64,000 nt of DNA from Guptibacillus hwajinpoensis (GTDB lineage: Bacteria; Bacillota; Bacilli; Bacillales; Bacillaceae_O), in contig JAENYN010000020.1 in NCBI GenBank assembly GCA_016841765.1, positions 3,655-67,654 on the forward strand. The letters are read 5' to 3'. Under the pieces are notes generated by a model. The model was not told the origin of the DNA. It saw nothing but the letters and a program-made list of their open reading frames with translations, and did not search any database. Made by a program: the position numbers and the translations under genes. Shown in pieces: positions 41,643-51,052 of this stretch (position 1 is the stretch's first letter; each line of letters opens with the position of its first letter).

Positions 41643-44450
41643 GTGACAAAATTTACAGTGATCGATATCGAAACAACAGGAAATCAGCCTAAACACGGCG
41701 ATAGCATTATTGAAATAGGAGCAGTGACCGTCGAGGACGGAAAGATTACCGGCAGGTTTGAAACGCTCATCAATCCGCTTAAGCCGATTCCGCCCTTCAT
41801 CAGCGGCCTGACGGGAATTACCGATGCCATGGTGGAGGAAGCCCCGCTGTTTATGGAGGTTGCCGGAGAGCTTCATGAAATGCTTGACGGATCTTTCTTC
41901 GTGGCCCATAATGTCCCGTTTGATCTTGGGTTCCTGCAGCAGGAATTCGAGGAGAACGGGTATTTCCCGTTCAGCGGTCCCCGCATCGATACGGTTGAGC
42001 TGGCCCGATTGCTTTACCCTTCCCTCGGCAGTTATAAATTAAATGACCTGGCTGCTGCATTCGACCTGCCTCATGCCTCACACCACCGGGCAGCGAGTGA
42101 TGCTGAAGCGACGGCGGCTTTGTTGGTGGAAATGCTTCAGAAGATCGAGGACCTGCCAGTCCCGGTCCTGAAAAAGCTGTTCCCGCTTTCCAATAAGCTG
42201 AAAAGCAGCCTGTCAGGACTGATCCGCAGCACACTGGACAGAAAGCTGAAAGAAAATTTATACGGGCTGCCGGACCGGTTTGAGGAAATTGAAGGGCTTG
42301 TGTTCAAAAAAGCGGTAGAGCAACAGCAGCCAGTTTCGGAAACCGCTGGTGCCGGAACGTATGAAGAAAATATCGGGCACATAACAGGGAGCGGCGGCCG
42401 GCTTTCAAGGGTTATGGGGAAATATGAAAACCGGCCGGGCCAGAGGGAGATGATGGATAGCGTACATAAGGCTCTTTCCGATCACAGCCATCTTCTTATC
42501 GAAGCGGGGACAGGGACCGGAAAAACGCTCGGTTACCTGGTGCCGGCCGCTTTTTATTCGCATCGGTCCGGTGAGCCGGTGGTAATAAGCACACAAACCG
42601 CCCAGCTTCAGGACCAGCTTCTCGACAACGATATGCCGGTGCTGGAAGCGGTTCTTCCTTTCCCTTGCTCAGCAGTGACGCTTAAAGGACGGAACAGATA
42701 TTTATGCCCTGCCAAACTTGCAGGGCACTTTCATGATATGTCAGCGGATAATTACGATCAGACACTGACGAAAGCGCAGCTGCTCATATGGCTGACTGAA
42801 ACAGATTCCGGTGATATGGACGAACTGAATCCTCCTTCAGGCGGGGAGAGGTTACTGAAACAGGTGAGTGCGGCATCATGCACTCATCAGAAATGCCCGT
42901 TCAGGGAAAAGTGTTTTTATTCGATTGCCCGCAACAGGGCGGCACGTTCCAATGTCATTATCATCAACCATGCACTGTTGATGGCTGATTTGAAAACCGG
43001 GGCCGGCACAATCCCTGAATTCGGCGAGCTTATCATTGATGAAGCCCATCATCTCGAAGAAGCGTGCGCAAAGCAATTCGGAATCCAGCTTGATTACGTT
43101 TCGTTCCAGTCGCTGTTCCAGTTGCTGGGAACGAAAGATAACCCGCAGCTGGCGCGGAAGCTTACTGAATCCATTGGTTTCCTGCATGACACACTGGAAC
43201 CGGGCGGGTTTGAAAACAAAATTGAGCAGGCCCAATATGAACTTGATGAGTTATTCCGGCTGCTGCACTCCTATGTTATGAAAAGAAAAGCGAAAACAAA
43301 AAGCGAAATTGGCAGGATCAGTTATAAACTCTCAACTGAAAGAGAGAATAATTCATTTTGGAGGACGATACAGGAAATTTCGATGCGAGTCGATTCACGG
43401 CTTGCCAGTGTTACAAGGGTTGCTGAAAACATAAAAGAGAAACTGGCAATGGCCGCCGCCCTTTCTGAAACGGAGACAGCGGTTATAAACGATTTCATCC
43501 TATTCACAGATTTACTTGAAGAGCGCCGCAAGCAGCTGTCCGAGGTGCTTCTTGATTGGACGGAAGGTCATGTACACTGGCTTGAAGCGGATTCCAAAGG
43601 CGCAAAAAATGCAATCTATCTTTACAGCCAGCCGATAAATGCAAGTGATCTGCTTGCCGATAATCTTTTTGCAAAAAAGCGCAGTGTCATTCTCACTTCC
43701 GCCACCATGACCGTCAATCATTCTTTCTCATATATGATCGACAGGCTTGGACTGGAGGATATCCAGCCTGATGTCCTGGAGATCCCATCTCCGTTCAACT
43801 TTATGGAACAGGTAAAGGTGATGGTTCCGACCGATATTCCAAACATAAAAGAAGTCGACTCCATCGTCTATGCTCAGGAAATTGCAGAAAGAATCATTGA
43901 TATAGCACGAGTGACAAAAGGCAGGATGCTCATTCTGTTCACTTCTTACGAAATGCTGAAGCAAACGTATTCTATTGTAAAAGGGCTGACTGCACCGGAG
44001 GAACTGATCCTGATCGGCCAGGGCATCAACAGCACTTCAAGGACACGGCTCACAAAAAATTTCAAGCAGTTCGACAATGCGCTCCTTTTCGGGACGAGCA
44101 GCTTTTGGGAGGGGGTTGACATCCCCGGCGAGGATTTAAGCTGCCTCGTTATCGTCAGGCTGCCATTCGCCCCGCCGGACAGCCCTGTGGTCCAGGCAAT
44201 GTCCGGCGAACTGAGGCGGGCAGGCAAAAGCGCCTTCAACTCATATACACTTCCCCGGGCAGTCATCCGATTTAAGCAAGGGTTCGGCCGTTTGATCAGA
44301 TCAGGCAGTGACAAAGGGGCTGTTTTTGTGTTTGACCGCCGTCTTATCACGGCGAAATACGGGAAGGTCTTCCTGCAATCACTGCCTGAAGTCGAAATGA
44401 TTGAAAAACCGTCTTCTGTATTAATCGATTTTCTGGACGAATGGCTGTGA
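41643..44450 (+). CDS. dinG: DinG-family protein: N-terminal DEDD 3'-5' exonuclease fused to an XPD/Rad3-like helicase
   Basis: 935 aa. VIDIETTG exonuclease motif I, Walker A AGTGTGKT, the DEAH box IIDEAHHLEE, and C-x57-C-x4-C-x5-C between them. Confidence 0.95.
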   Translation: MTKFTVIDIETTGNQPKHGDSIIEIGAVTVEDGKITGRFETLINPLKPIPPFISGLTGITDAMVEEAPLFMEVAGELHEMLDGSFFVAHNVPFDLGFLQQEFEENGYFPFSGPRIDTVELARLLYPSLGSYKLNDLAAAFDLPHASHHRAASDAEATAALLVEMLQKIEDLPVPVLKKLFPLSNKLKSSLSGLIRSTLDRKLKENLYGLPDRFEEIEGLVFKKAVEQQQPVSETAGAGTYEENIGHITGSGGRLSRVMGKYENRPGQREMMDSVHKALSDHSHLLIEAGTGTGKTLGYLVPAAFYSHRSGEPVVISTQTAQLQDQLLDNDMPVLEAVLPFPCSAVTLKGRNRYLCPAKLAGHFHDMSADNYDQTLTKAQLLIWLTETDSGDMDELNPPSGGERLLKQVSAASCTHQKCPFREKCFYSIARNRAARSNVIIINHALLMADLKTGAGTIPEFGELIIDEAHHLEEACAKQFGIQLDYVSFQSLFQLLGTKDNPQLARKLTESIGFLHDTLEPGGFENKIEQAQYELDELFRLLHSYVMKRKAKTKSEIGRISYKLSTERENNSFWRTIQEISMRVDSRLASVTRVAENIKEKLAMAAALSETETAVINDFILFTDLLEERRKQLSEVLLDWTEGHVHWLEADSKGAKNAIYLYSQPINASDLLADNLFAKKRSVILTSATMTVNHSFSYMIDRLGLEDIQPDVLEIPSPFNFMEQVKVMVPTDIPNIKEVDSIVYAQEIAERIIDIARVTKGRMLILFTSYEMLKQTYSIVKGLTAPEELILIGQGINSTSRTRLTKNFKQFDNALLFGTSSFWEGVDIPGEDLSCLVIVRLPFAPPDSPVVQAMSGELRRAGKSAFNSYTLPRAVIRFKQGFGRLIRSGSDKGAVFVFDRRLITAKYGKVFLQSLPEVEMIEKPSSVLIDFLDEWL

Positions 44451-44510
44451 TACTTTTTCATGTTCTGACACACCCTAAAAATAGCTCCGGCTAAGAAAGG
44501 GACGATCAGG

Positions 44511-45368
44511 ATGAAAAAGTTTTTGGTCATGGCTGTTGTTTTGCTGGCGGTGATTTTCCTGCTGACGGTACGTACGACTAAATCCGAGAAAGTCGAAAAG
44601 ATCGACTTGAACCTGCAGCAAAATGAAACAGCCGTAACATTCCTTGAATTATCAAACGGTGAAGCGACCCTTCTCCAGCATGCTGACGGGAAGACCGTCC
44701 TCATTAATAGCGGCGGCCCGAAAACAAAAAAAGAGCTGAAGCACCAGCTTGACTTGTATGGAGTCAAGAAAATCGACCTTCTCATTATCACAAATACGGG
44801 AGAACTGTATACCGGCAATGCGGATTGGCTCATATCCGAGGAAATCACTGAAAAAGCGGCGGGGCCCGCTTCATACATCAAAAGTCTTCAAGGCCGATTC
44901 AACAAAGGGGAGGACCTTTTTGAGGCTTGGGAAGAAGGCGACTTGAAAGAACTGTTTACCGGGATGGTCGTCAAAGTACTTGCTGACGGGAAAGAGGGGG
45001 AAGAAGATAAGGGACTCATCCTGTCAATGCGATTTGGGAAAAATCACTTTCTTTATATGGGAATCGACGGAGATGAAATTGAAAGCAGGCTCATGAATGC
45101 AGGTGCCCCGCTTAAAGCGGAGGTATTGAAAGTGCCGGATTTTGCCGAAAGCGGGACAACCCAGCCGTTCATGGAAGAAGTCGACCCGCAATCCGCTGTC
45201 ATCTTTTCCAAAAAGCATTCCGAGCCGTCCCGGGATATCATAGAAAGAATGTATGAATCATGGATCGATGTTTATCATACCCGCCGATTCGGCAATGTAT
45301 CATTTAAGTGTACAATGAATGATTATGAAGTTTTCACAATACCGGTACAAAATGCCGGGGAAAAATGA
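44511..45368 (+). CDS. Membrane-anchored, degenerate metallo-beta-lactamase-fold (ComEC C-terminal-like) protein
   Basis: N-terminal TM anchor. VTFLELSNGEATLLQHADGKTVLINSGG...IDLLIITNTGELYTGN follows the MBL pattern, but HxHxDH is replaced by TNTGELY. Confidence 0.6.
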   Translation: MKKFLVMAVVLLAVIFLLTVRTTKSEKVEKIDLNLQQNETAVTFLELSNGEATLLQHADGKTVLINSGGPKTKKELKHQLDLYGVKKIDLLIITNTGELYTGNADWLISEEITEKAAGPASYIKSLQGRFNKGEDLFEAWEEGDLKELFTGMVVKVLADGKEGEEDKGLILSMRFGKNHFLYMGIDGDEIESRLMNAGAPLKAEVLKVPDFAESGTTQPFMEEVDPQSAVIFSKKHSEPSRDIIERMYESWIDVYHTRRFGNVSFKCTMNDYEVFTIPVQNAGEK

Positions 45369-45379
45369 ATAGGAAGCTC

Positions 45380-45407
45380 TTCAAAAACTAAAAAACACTG
45401 ATATAAT
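45380..45407 (+). promoter_or_regulatory. Sigma-A promoter candidate for ypmA-ypmB
   Basis: TTCAAA-16-TATAAT. Confidence 0.4.
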
Positions 45408-45478
45408 GGATAAGAAACGGCCTGCCGGACAAAGAGTGAAAGGCAGGCCTCATGATGTTCGTTCCTGGAGGGTATGAT

Positions 45479-45655
45479 ATGGAAAACAACAGCAAGATCG
45501 AAAAACTGACCACCGTCCGACTGCAAAACTCGCCTGATCTTTACAAAATTGTGGATGCACTGAACAGAACACTGAAAGACCGCGACTTAATGTTCGGCCT
45601 GGCTCTTGATGAAGACGACCGGGATACAGCCGTATTCACGATTTATCGTACATAA
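45479..45655 (+). CDS. YpmA-like small protein (DUF4264)
   Basis: 58 aa from ATG 45479 (SD ggaggg). Syntenic with B. subtilis ypmA after dinG. Confidence 0.75.
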   Translation: MENNSKIEKLTTVRLQNSPDLYKIVDALNRTLKDRDLMFGLALDEDDRDTAVFTIYRT

Positions 45656-45668
45656 GGACGATGACCAT

Positions 45669-46145
45669 ATGAAAAAATGGATTTTGGGAATCTTGATTGC
45701 CATATTAGCCGTTGTAACCATTTCGGTTGTTCATTTATACCGATCAACCCTTGGGCCGGAAAAGGAAATATCAGAAAAAGCTGCCGCTGCCGCAATCGAA
45801 AAAACAAATATGCAGGCTGCCGGCAAAGTTGAACATTTTCACGGATCGTCTGCTTATCATGTAGTTTCGGGTACTGACGGCAGCGGCAAGCGAATGATCG
45901 CCTGGATACCTGATCACGGAAGCAGAAAGCCGATTGTCCGTTATGAAAAGGATGGGATTTCAAAGAAGAAGGTGATCGACTTTTTCAACAAAGAAGTCAA
46001 TCCCAGAAAAATCATTGATATCCGGCTTGGCATTGAGGAAAACATCCCGGTGTGGGAGGTATCCTATGTCGACCGCAAGGACCGGATCTCTTACTATTAT
46101 CTTGCCTTTAAAGACGGTACCTTCATAAAACGATATAGACTTTGA
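45669..46145 (+). CDS. YpmB-like membrane-anchored PepSY-type protein
   Basis: N-terminal TM segment (MKKWILGILIAILAVVTISVV) and 158 aa. Syntenic with ypmB. Confidence 0.8.
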   Translation: MKKWILGILIAILAVVTISVVHLYRSTLGPEKEISEKAAAAAIEKTNMQAAGKVEHFHGSSAYHVVSGTDGSGKRMIAWIPDHGSRKPIVRYEKDGISKKKVIDFFNKEVNPRKIIDIRLGIEENIPVWEVSYVDRKDRISYYYLAFKDGTFIKRYRL

Positions 46146-46176
46146 TTATCATTCACACCGATAAGGAGGAGTTATT

Positions 46177-47349
46177 GTGAAATTGGCAAAACGTGTTTCG
46201 AATTTGACGCCGTCCTCTACACTGGCCATTACAATGAAAGCGAAAGAACTGAAGGAACAGGGGCATGATGTCGTCGGCCTGGGGGCCGGCGAACCCGATT
46301 TCAATACACCGGGCCACATCATCGAAGCGGCATACAGGTCAATGAAAGAAGGCCATACAAAGTATACACCGTCCGGCGGCCTTGCCGGCCTAAAGAAGGC
46401 GGTAGCAGAAAAATTCAAAAATGACCAGGGGCTCGATTATTCACCTTCCGAACTCATTGTGACTTCAGGGGCAAAGCACGCACTCTATACATTGTTCCAG
46501 GTCATTCTCGACCCGGGTGATGAAGTCATCATCCCTTCCCCTTACTGGGTGAGCTACCCGGAACAGGTCAAACTGGCAGAAGGATTGCCGGTCTTCATTG
46601 AAGGCAAAGAAGAAAACCGGTATAAGATCACACCGGATCAGCTGCGGGAGGCCATGACAGATAAGACGAAGGCCTTTATTCTCAACTCACCGAGCAACCC
46701 GACCGGCATGATGTATACAGCTGATGAACTAGAGGCTATCGGGGCAGTATGCCTTGAACATAATATCCTCATCGTTTCCGATGAAATTTATGAAAAACTT
46801 GTGTATGCAGGCAATAGCCATGTTTCTATCGCCCAGCTGTCCCCTGAGTTGAAAGAGCAGACAGTCATCATCAACGGTGTCTCCAAATCCCATAGCATGA
46901 CAGGATGGAGGATCGGGTATGCCGCCGGCAGTGAAACGATTATCAAGGCAATGACAAATCTCGCCAGCCACAGTACATCAAATCCTGCATCTGTGAGCCA
47001 ATATGGTGCCATCGCCGCCTATGAAGGGCCCCAGGATGCTGTGGAGGAAATGAGAAAAGCGTTTGAAAGCAGGCTGGACAAGATTTATGAACAGCTGCTG
47101 GAAATTCCCGGTTTCACCTGTGTGAAGCCTGAGGGCGCCTTCTACCTGTTCCCGAATGTGGCAAAAGCGGCTGAAATGAAAGGCTTTGATGATGTGGATG
47201 CGTGGGCAAAAGCGCTGCTTGAAGAAGAAAAAGTTGCGGTGATTCCGGGCAGCGGTTTCGGGGCGCCGGACAATGTGAGGCTTTCATATGCGACTTCTCT
47301 CGATCAGCTGGAAGAAGCGATTCGCCGCATGAAGCGGTTTATGGGATAA
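46177..47349 (+). CDS. aspB: Aspartate aminotransferase (class I)
   Basis: 390 aa. PLP-lysine motif SKSHSMTGWRIGY and NSPSNPTG. SD aaggagg, GTG start. Confidence 0.95.
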   Translation: MKLAKRVSNLTPSSTLAITMKAKELKEQGHDVVGLGAGEPDFNTPGHIIEAAYRSMKEGHTKYTPSGGLAGLKKAVAEKFKNDQGLDYSPSELIVTSGAKHALYTLFQVILDPGDEVIIPSPYWVSYPEQVKLAEGLPVFIEGKEENRYKITPDQLREAMTDKTKAFILNSPSNPTGMMYTADELEAIGAVCLEHNILIVSDEIYEKLVYAGNSHVSIAQLSPELKEQTVIINGVSKSHSMTGWRIGYAAGSETIIKAMTNLASHSTSNPASVSQYGAIAAYEGPQDAVEEMRKAFESRLDKIYEQLLEIPGFTCVKPEGAFYLFPNVAKAAEMKGFDDVDAWAKALLEEEKVAVIPGSGFGAPDNVRLSYATSLDQLEEAIRRMKRFMG

Positions 47350-47352
47350 AAC

Positions 47353-47385
47353 GGCGGCTGTGCCGGCTGATTACAGCCGGCCGCC
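47353..47385 (+). terminator. GC-rich hairpin after aspB (weak terminator: no T-run)
   Basis: ggcggc..gccggctg-atta-cagccgg-ccgcc. Confidence 0.4.
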
Positions 47386-47418
47386 CCTTATCCGGAACAG
47401 CATCATCCACAGGCTATG

Positions 47419-47448
47419 TTGACGGCACTTTTTGCCGAAATGTATAAT
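47419..47448 (+). promoter_or_regulatory. Sigma-A promoter for asnS
   Basis: TTGACG-18-TATAAT with a TGn extension (tgtataat). Confidence 0.6.
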
Positions 47449-47634
47449 GGTACTTACCACATTCAACAAGTGCGTTTGCGAGTCCGGCGGCAATGGGTGG
47501 GTTAAGAACGGCAGCCCGGATTTTTACAGAACCCATTGAAAACGGCCACTCAGCAACGGCGGAATGTTTTATCATGATTTTTTGGAAAGGTTCAAATACA
47601 TAACAGGATTGCATGAAGAGTTGGAGGGAATCAG

Positions 47635-48927
47635 GTGAAAACGACAATTTCACAGGTCAGTCAATATGTTGGAAAAGAAGTGACAATCGGGGCCTGGCTC
47701 GCGAATAAGCGCTCAAGCGGAAAAATTGCTTTTTTGCAATTGCGGGACGGCACCGGTTTCATTCAAGGTGTTCTCGTGAAGGCGGAAGTGGATGAAGCGA
47801 TTTTTCAAAAAGCGAAAAATCTTACACAGGAATCATCACTGTATGTAACTGGCACAGTCCAGGAAGATGAACGGTCGCCATTCGGCTATGAATTGCTGGT
47901 AAACGAAATCGAAGTGATTCATGAAGCGGTCGATTATCCGATTACGCCGAAGAAGCACGGGACGGAATTCCTGATGGATAACCGCCATTTATGGATTCGC
48001 CATAAACGGCAGCACGCTGTGTTGAAAGTCAGAAATGAAATCATCCGGGCAACTTATGAGTTTTTCAATAAAGAAGGATTCATTAAGGTCGATCCCCCGA
48101 TTCTGACCGGGAGTTCCGCGGAGGGAACGACAGAGTTGTTCCAAACGAAATACTTCGATGAGGATGCCTATTTATCCCAGAGCGGCCAGCTTTACATGGA
48201 AGCGGCGGCCATGGCGTTCGGGCGCGTGTTTTCGTTCGGACCGACATTCAGGGCGGAGAAATCGAAAACCCGCCGCCATCTCATTGAATTCTGGATGATC
48301 GAGCCCGAGATGGCATTCATGGATCATGAGGAAAGCCTTCAGGTGCAGGAGCAATATGTCAGTTATGTTGTCCAGTCTGTGCTTGAAAACTGTGCTCTGG
48401 AACTGAACGTGCTCGGCCGTGATACAACAAAACTAAAGAACATCACCGCGCCGTTTCCGCGCATTACGTATGACGAAGCGATCGAACTGCTTCATGAAAA
48501 AGGGTTTGATGATATCGAATGGGGAGAAGATTTCGGCGCACCGCATGAAACAGCTATCGCTGAAAGCTTCGACAAGCCCGTTTTCATCACAAAATATCCT
48601 GCTGGAATCAAGGCGTTCTATATGAAACCAGATCCGGAACGGGAAGAGGTCGTCCTTTGCGCGGACCTCATCGCTCCTGAAGGGTACGGTGAAATCATTG
48701 GCGGTTCGCAGCGGATTGATGATCTTGAGTTAATGGAAAAACGTTACGAAGAACATGGCCTTACAGGTGACGCTTACCAATGGTATCTTGAACTGCGCAA
48801 ATTCGGTTCAGTTCCCCATTCCGGCTTCGGCCTTGGATTGGAACGGACAGTTGCATGGCTTACGGGCGTGGAGCATGTCAGGGAGACAATACCATTCCCG
48901 CGCCTGTTGAACCGTCTTTATCCATAG
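47635..48927 (+). CDS. asnS: Asparagine-tRNA ligase
   Basis: 430 aa class IIb aaRS. N-terminal OB fold, FRAE motif 2 (GPTFRAEKS) and GFGLGLER motif 3. Confidence 0.97.
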   Translation: MKTTISQVSQYVGKEVTIGAWLANKRSSGKIAFLQLRDGTGFIQGVLVKAEVDEAIFQKAKNLTQESSLYVTGTVQEDERSPFGYELLVNEIEVIHEAVDYPITPKKHGTEFLMDNRHLWIRHKRQHAVLKVRNEIIRATYEFFNKEGFIKVDPPILTGSSAEGTTELFQTKYFDEDAYLSQSGQLYMEAAAMAFGRVFSFGPTFRAEKSKTRRHLIEFWMIEPEMAFMDHEESLQVQEQYVSYVVQSVLENCALELNVLGRDTTKLKNITAPFPRITYDEAIELLHEKGFDDIEWGEDFGAPHETAIAESFDKPVFITKYPAGIKAFYMKPDPEREEVVLCADLIAPEGYGEIIGGSQRIDDLELMEKRYEEHGLTGDAYQWYLELRKFGSVPHSGFGLGLERTVAWLTGVEHVRETIPFPRLLNRLYP

Positions 48928-48948
48928 GCAAGCCTTCCATAAAGAGAT

Positions 48949-48985
48949 GCGGCCCCCATCACAACACAATGGGGGCCGTATTGTT
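48949..48985 (+). terminator. Terminator-like hairpin after asnS
   Basis: Stem gcggcccccat/atgggggccg, 9-nt loop, weak T tract. Confidence 0.55.
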
Positions 48986-49101
48986 GGCGCATGCATGGAT
49001 TTTTGACACCGAGAGACCTGGCCTGGACCTATTCGGCAATCTCCTTTTTACCGGGACAGGGATACCAGCTGGCATGTTATAATGGATGAGAGGTGGACAG
49101 G

Positions 49102-49809
49102 ATGAAAAGGGAATTTTTAATTGATTTTTTACAGGACGGATCGATTCCATTGCCAAAGCTTCTTTTTACACATTATCAACGCTTAAAAATCAACGAAACG
49201 GAAGTCATGCTGCTTATTCATCTTCACATTTTCATCGAGAGCGGCAATGCTTTTCCGACACCCTCTGAGCTTTCTGAGCGGATGTCGATTTCTGCGGAAG
49301 AAGCGGCTTCTATACTGAGAAAACTGCTGCAAAGAGGGTTGCTTGACATACATGAAAGCAAGGATGACCTGAATGTCCGGTTCGAAACCTACTCACTGCG
49401 TCCGCTGTGGGAACAGTTCGTTTATCAGCTTGAGTCGGAAGAGGCGGAAGCTATGGAACATGGCAAAACAGAACAGACAATTAATCTTTATACATTATTT
49501 GAAAAGGAGTTTGGCCGGCCGCTGTCGCCGATTGAATGCGAGACGCTGAGTATGTGGGTTGACCAGGACGGGCATGATGCCGTTCTCGTGAAGGCTGCCT
49601 TGCGCGAAGCAGTCGTGTCCGGAAAACTGAACTTCCGCTATATTGACAGAATTTTATTTGAATGGCAGAAAAATCGGATACATACAGTCGAACAGGCTAA
49701 GTCATACAGCCAGAAATTCCGCAAAGGCGGATTTAAAAAGGAAACGGGTGAATCCACCCATACTGAACAAAAGCGGGAAGTGACGTTCTACAACTGGCTT
49801 GAACAATAA
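49102..49809 (+). CDS. dnaD: Replication initiation / primosome protein DnaD
   Basis: wHTH N-domain and DnaD-like C-domain (YTLFEKEFGRPLSPIECETLSMWVD...RYIDRILFEW). ATG 49102 follows SD gagaggtgga. Confidence 0.92.
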   Translation: MKREFLIDFLQDGSIPLPKLLFTHYQRLKINETEVMLLIHLHIFIESGNAFPTPSELSERMSISAEEAASILRKLLQRGLLDIHESKDDLNVRFETYSLRPLWEQFVYQLESEEAEAMEHGKTEQTINLYTLFEKEFGRPLSPIECETLSMWVDQDGHDAVLVKAALREAVVSGKLNFRYIDRILFEWQKNRIHTVEQAKSYSQKFRKGGFKKETGESTHTEQKREVTFYNWLEQ

Positions 49810-49821
49810 GGGGTGGTAACA

Positions 49822-50478
49822 ATGCTGAATAAGAAACAAGTCCGCTACTGCCTCGATGTCATGGGGGAAATGTTTCCGGCGGCACAATGCGAACTCATTC
49901 ATAAAAACCCTTTTGAACTGTTGATTGCTGTTGTCCTTTCAGCCCAGTGCACAGATGCACTGGTCAATAAAGTGACAGCTGAACTATTTAAGAAATATAA
50001 AGAGCCGGAAGATTATACGGCCGTTCCGCTGGAAGAGCTCGAAAACGACATCAGATCCATCGGATTGTACCGCAATAAAGCAAAAAATATCCGCAAGCTT
50101 TCCCAAATGCTGATCGAGGAGCATGGGCGTCAAGTTCCCGATTCCCGCGAAGAGCTTGTGAAATTACCGGGAGTCGGAAGGAAAACCGCCAATGTTGTCA
50201 TGTCGGTGGCATTCGGAAAGCCTGCGATTGCGGTTGATACCCACGTTGAGCGGGTCAGCAAACGACTCGGCTTCTGCCGCTGGAAGGACAGTGTGCTTCA
50301 GGTTGAGGAGGCGCTCATGCGCAAAGTGCCGGAAGAGGAATGGGGATTGGCGCATCACCGCTTGATATTCTTTGGACGGTATCATTGCAAGGCGCAGTCT
50401 CCGAAATGTGATGTCTGCCCGCTTCTCGATCTTTGCCGGGAAGGGCAGAAACGAATGAAGAGGAGGGAAAACGCGTGA
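49822..50478 (+). CDS. nth: Endonuclease III
   Basis: HhH-GPD (LVKLPGVGRKTANVV) and the 4Fe-4S loop CKAQSPKCDVCPLLDLC. Nearly colinear with B. subtilis Nth. Confidence 0.97.
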   Translation: MLNKKQVRYCLDVMGEMFPAAQCELIHKNPFELLIAVVLSAQCTDALVNKVTAELFKKYKEPEDYTAVPLEELENDIRSIGLYRNKAKNIRKLSQMLIEEHGRQVPDSREELVKLPGVGRKTANVVMSVAFGKPAIAVDTHVERVSKRLGFCRWKDSVLQVEEALMRKVPEEEWGLAHHRLIFFGRYHCKAQSPKCDVCPLLDLCREGQKRMKRRENA

Positions 50479-50960
50479 CCGGGGAAAAGGTCAAAATCCC
50501 AGCGCCTTTTATCCATCCTCCTTTTTTTAAGGATGACACTGTAAGCATCAAGGATGAATTCCCGTTTTCTGCCGAAATTCTTCATATTAACGGCATATGC
50601 GAAGGCAGTCCGTGGCAGGATTCTAAAAGAGCGGTGCTTGAACTTATCAATCGCTGGGATATGGAGCGGGTGAACATTGCCGCCTTATTCAGGGATAAAC
50701 GGAAACGGGAGGCAAAGTCGCAGATGATTATCTGGGCTTCCCGTTATTTGCAGGCCCTTTTCTGGATGAATGACCAGCCGGTTCCAGGCGTTTCCAACCT
50801 GGACAGAGAAATCCCGGAGCTGCACCATAAGCCGGTGAACGCACCTGAACGCATTCTTTTTATCCTGGAGAGCCCGGGTCATTATCACTCGTTCATCCAG
50901 TTGACCCAGCTGTTTGATGAAGCGAAAAAACTATTTCATAAAAAGCTGGCATTGCAATAA
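50475..50960 (+). CDS. YpoC-like protein
   Basis: GTG 50475 overlaps the nth stop (GTGA), with SD gaggaggg. 161 aa. Syntenic with ypoC. Confidence 0.75.
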   Translation: MTGEKVKIPAPFIHPPFFKDDTVSIKDEFPFSAEILHINGICEGSPWQDSKRAVLELINRWDMERVNIAALFRDKRKREAKSQMIIWASRYLQALFWMNDQPVPGVSNLDREIPELHHKPVNAPERILFILESPGHYHSFIQLTQLFDEAKKLFHKKLALQ

Positions 50961-50990
50961 AGAGAACTCGACGGCTGGAGACTTATATGT

Positions 50991-51028
50991 AAAAAAGCAC
51001 GCTCTATTTTATCAGAGCGTGCTTTTTT
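50991..51028. terminator. Bidirectional terminator between ypoC and ponA
   Basis: aaaaaa-gcacgctct-attttatc-agagcgtgc-tttttt. Confidence 0.9.
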
Positions 51029-51052
51029 GATGCAATTTTTTAAGGCTGATTG

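Noticed and set aside
43946-44881. 311-aa ORF on the minus strand
   Set aside because: It is antisense to the 3' end of dinG and the 5' end of the MBL-like gene. The sequence is Ser/Arg-rich and low-information, with no SD. It is a shadow ORF.
47455-47634. T-box riboswitch upstream of asnS
   Set aside because: The leader is too short, and only GGGTGG of the T-box core is present. I could find no specifier-loop or antiterminator arrangement.
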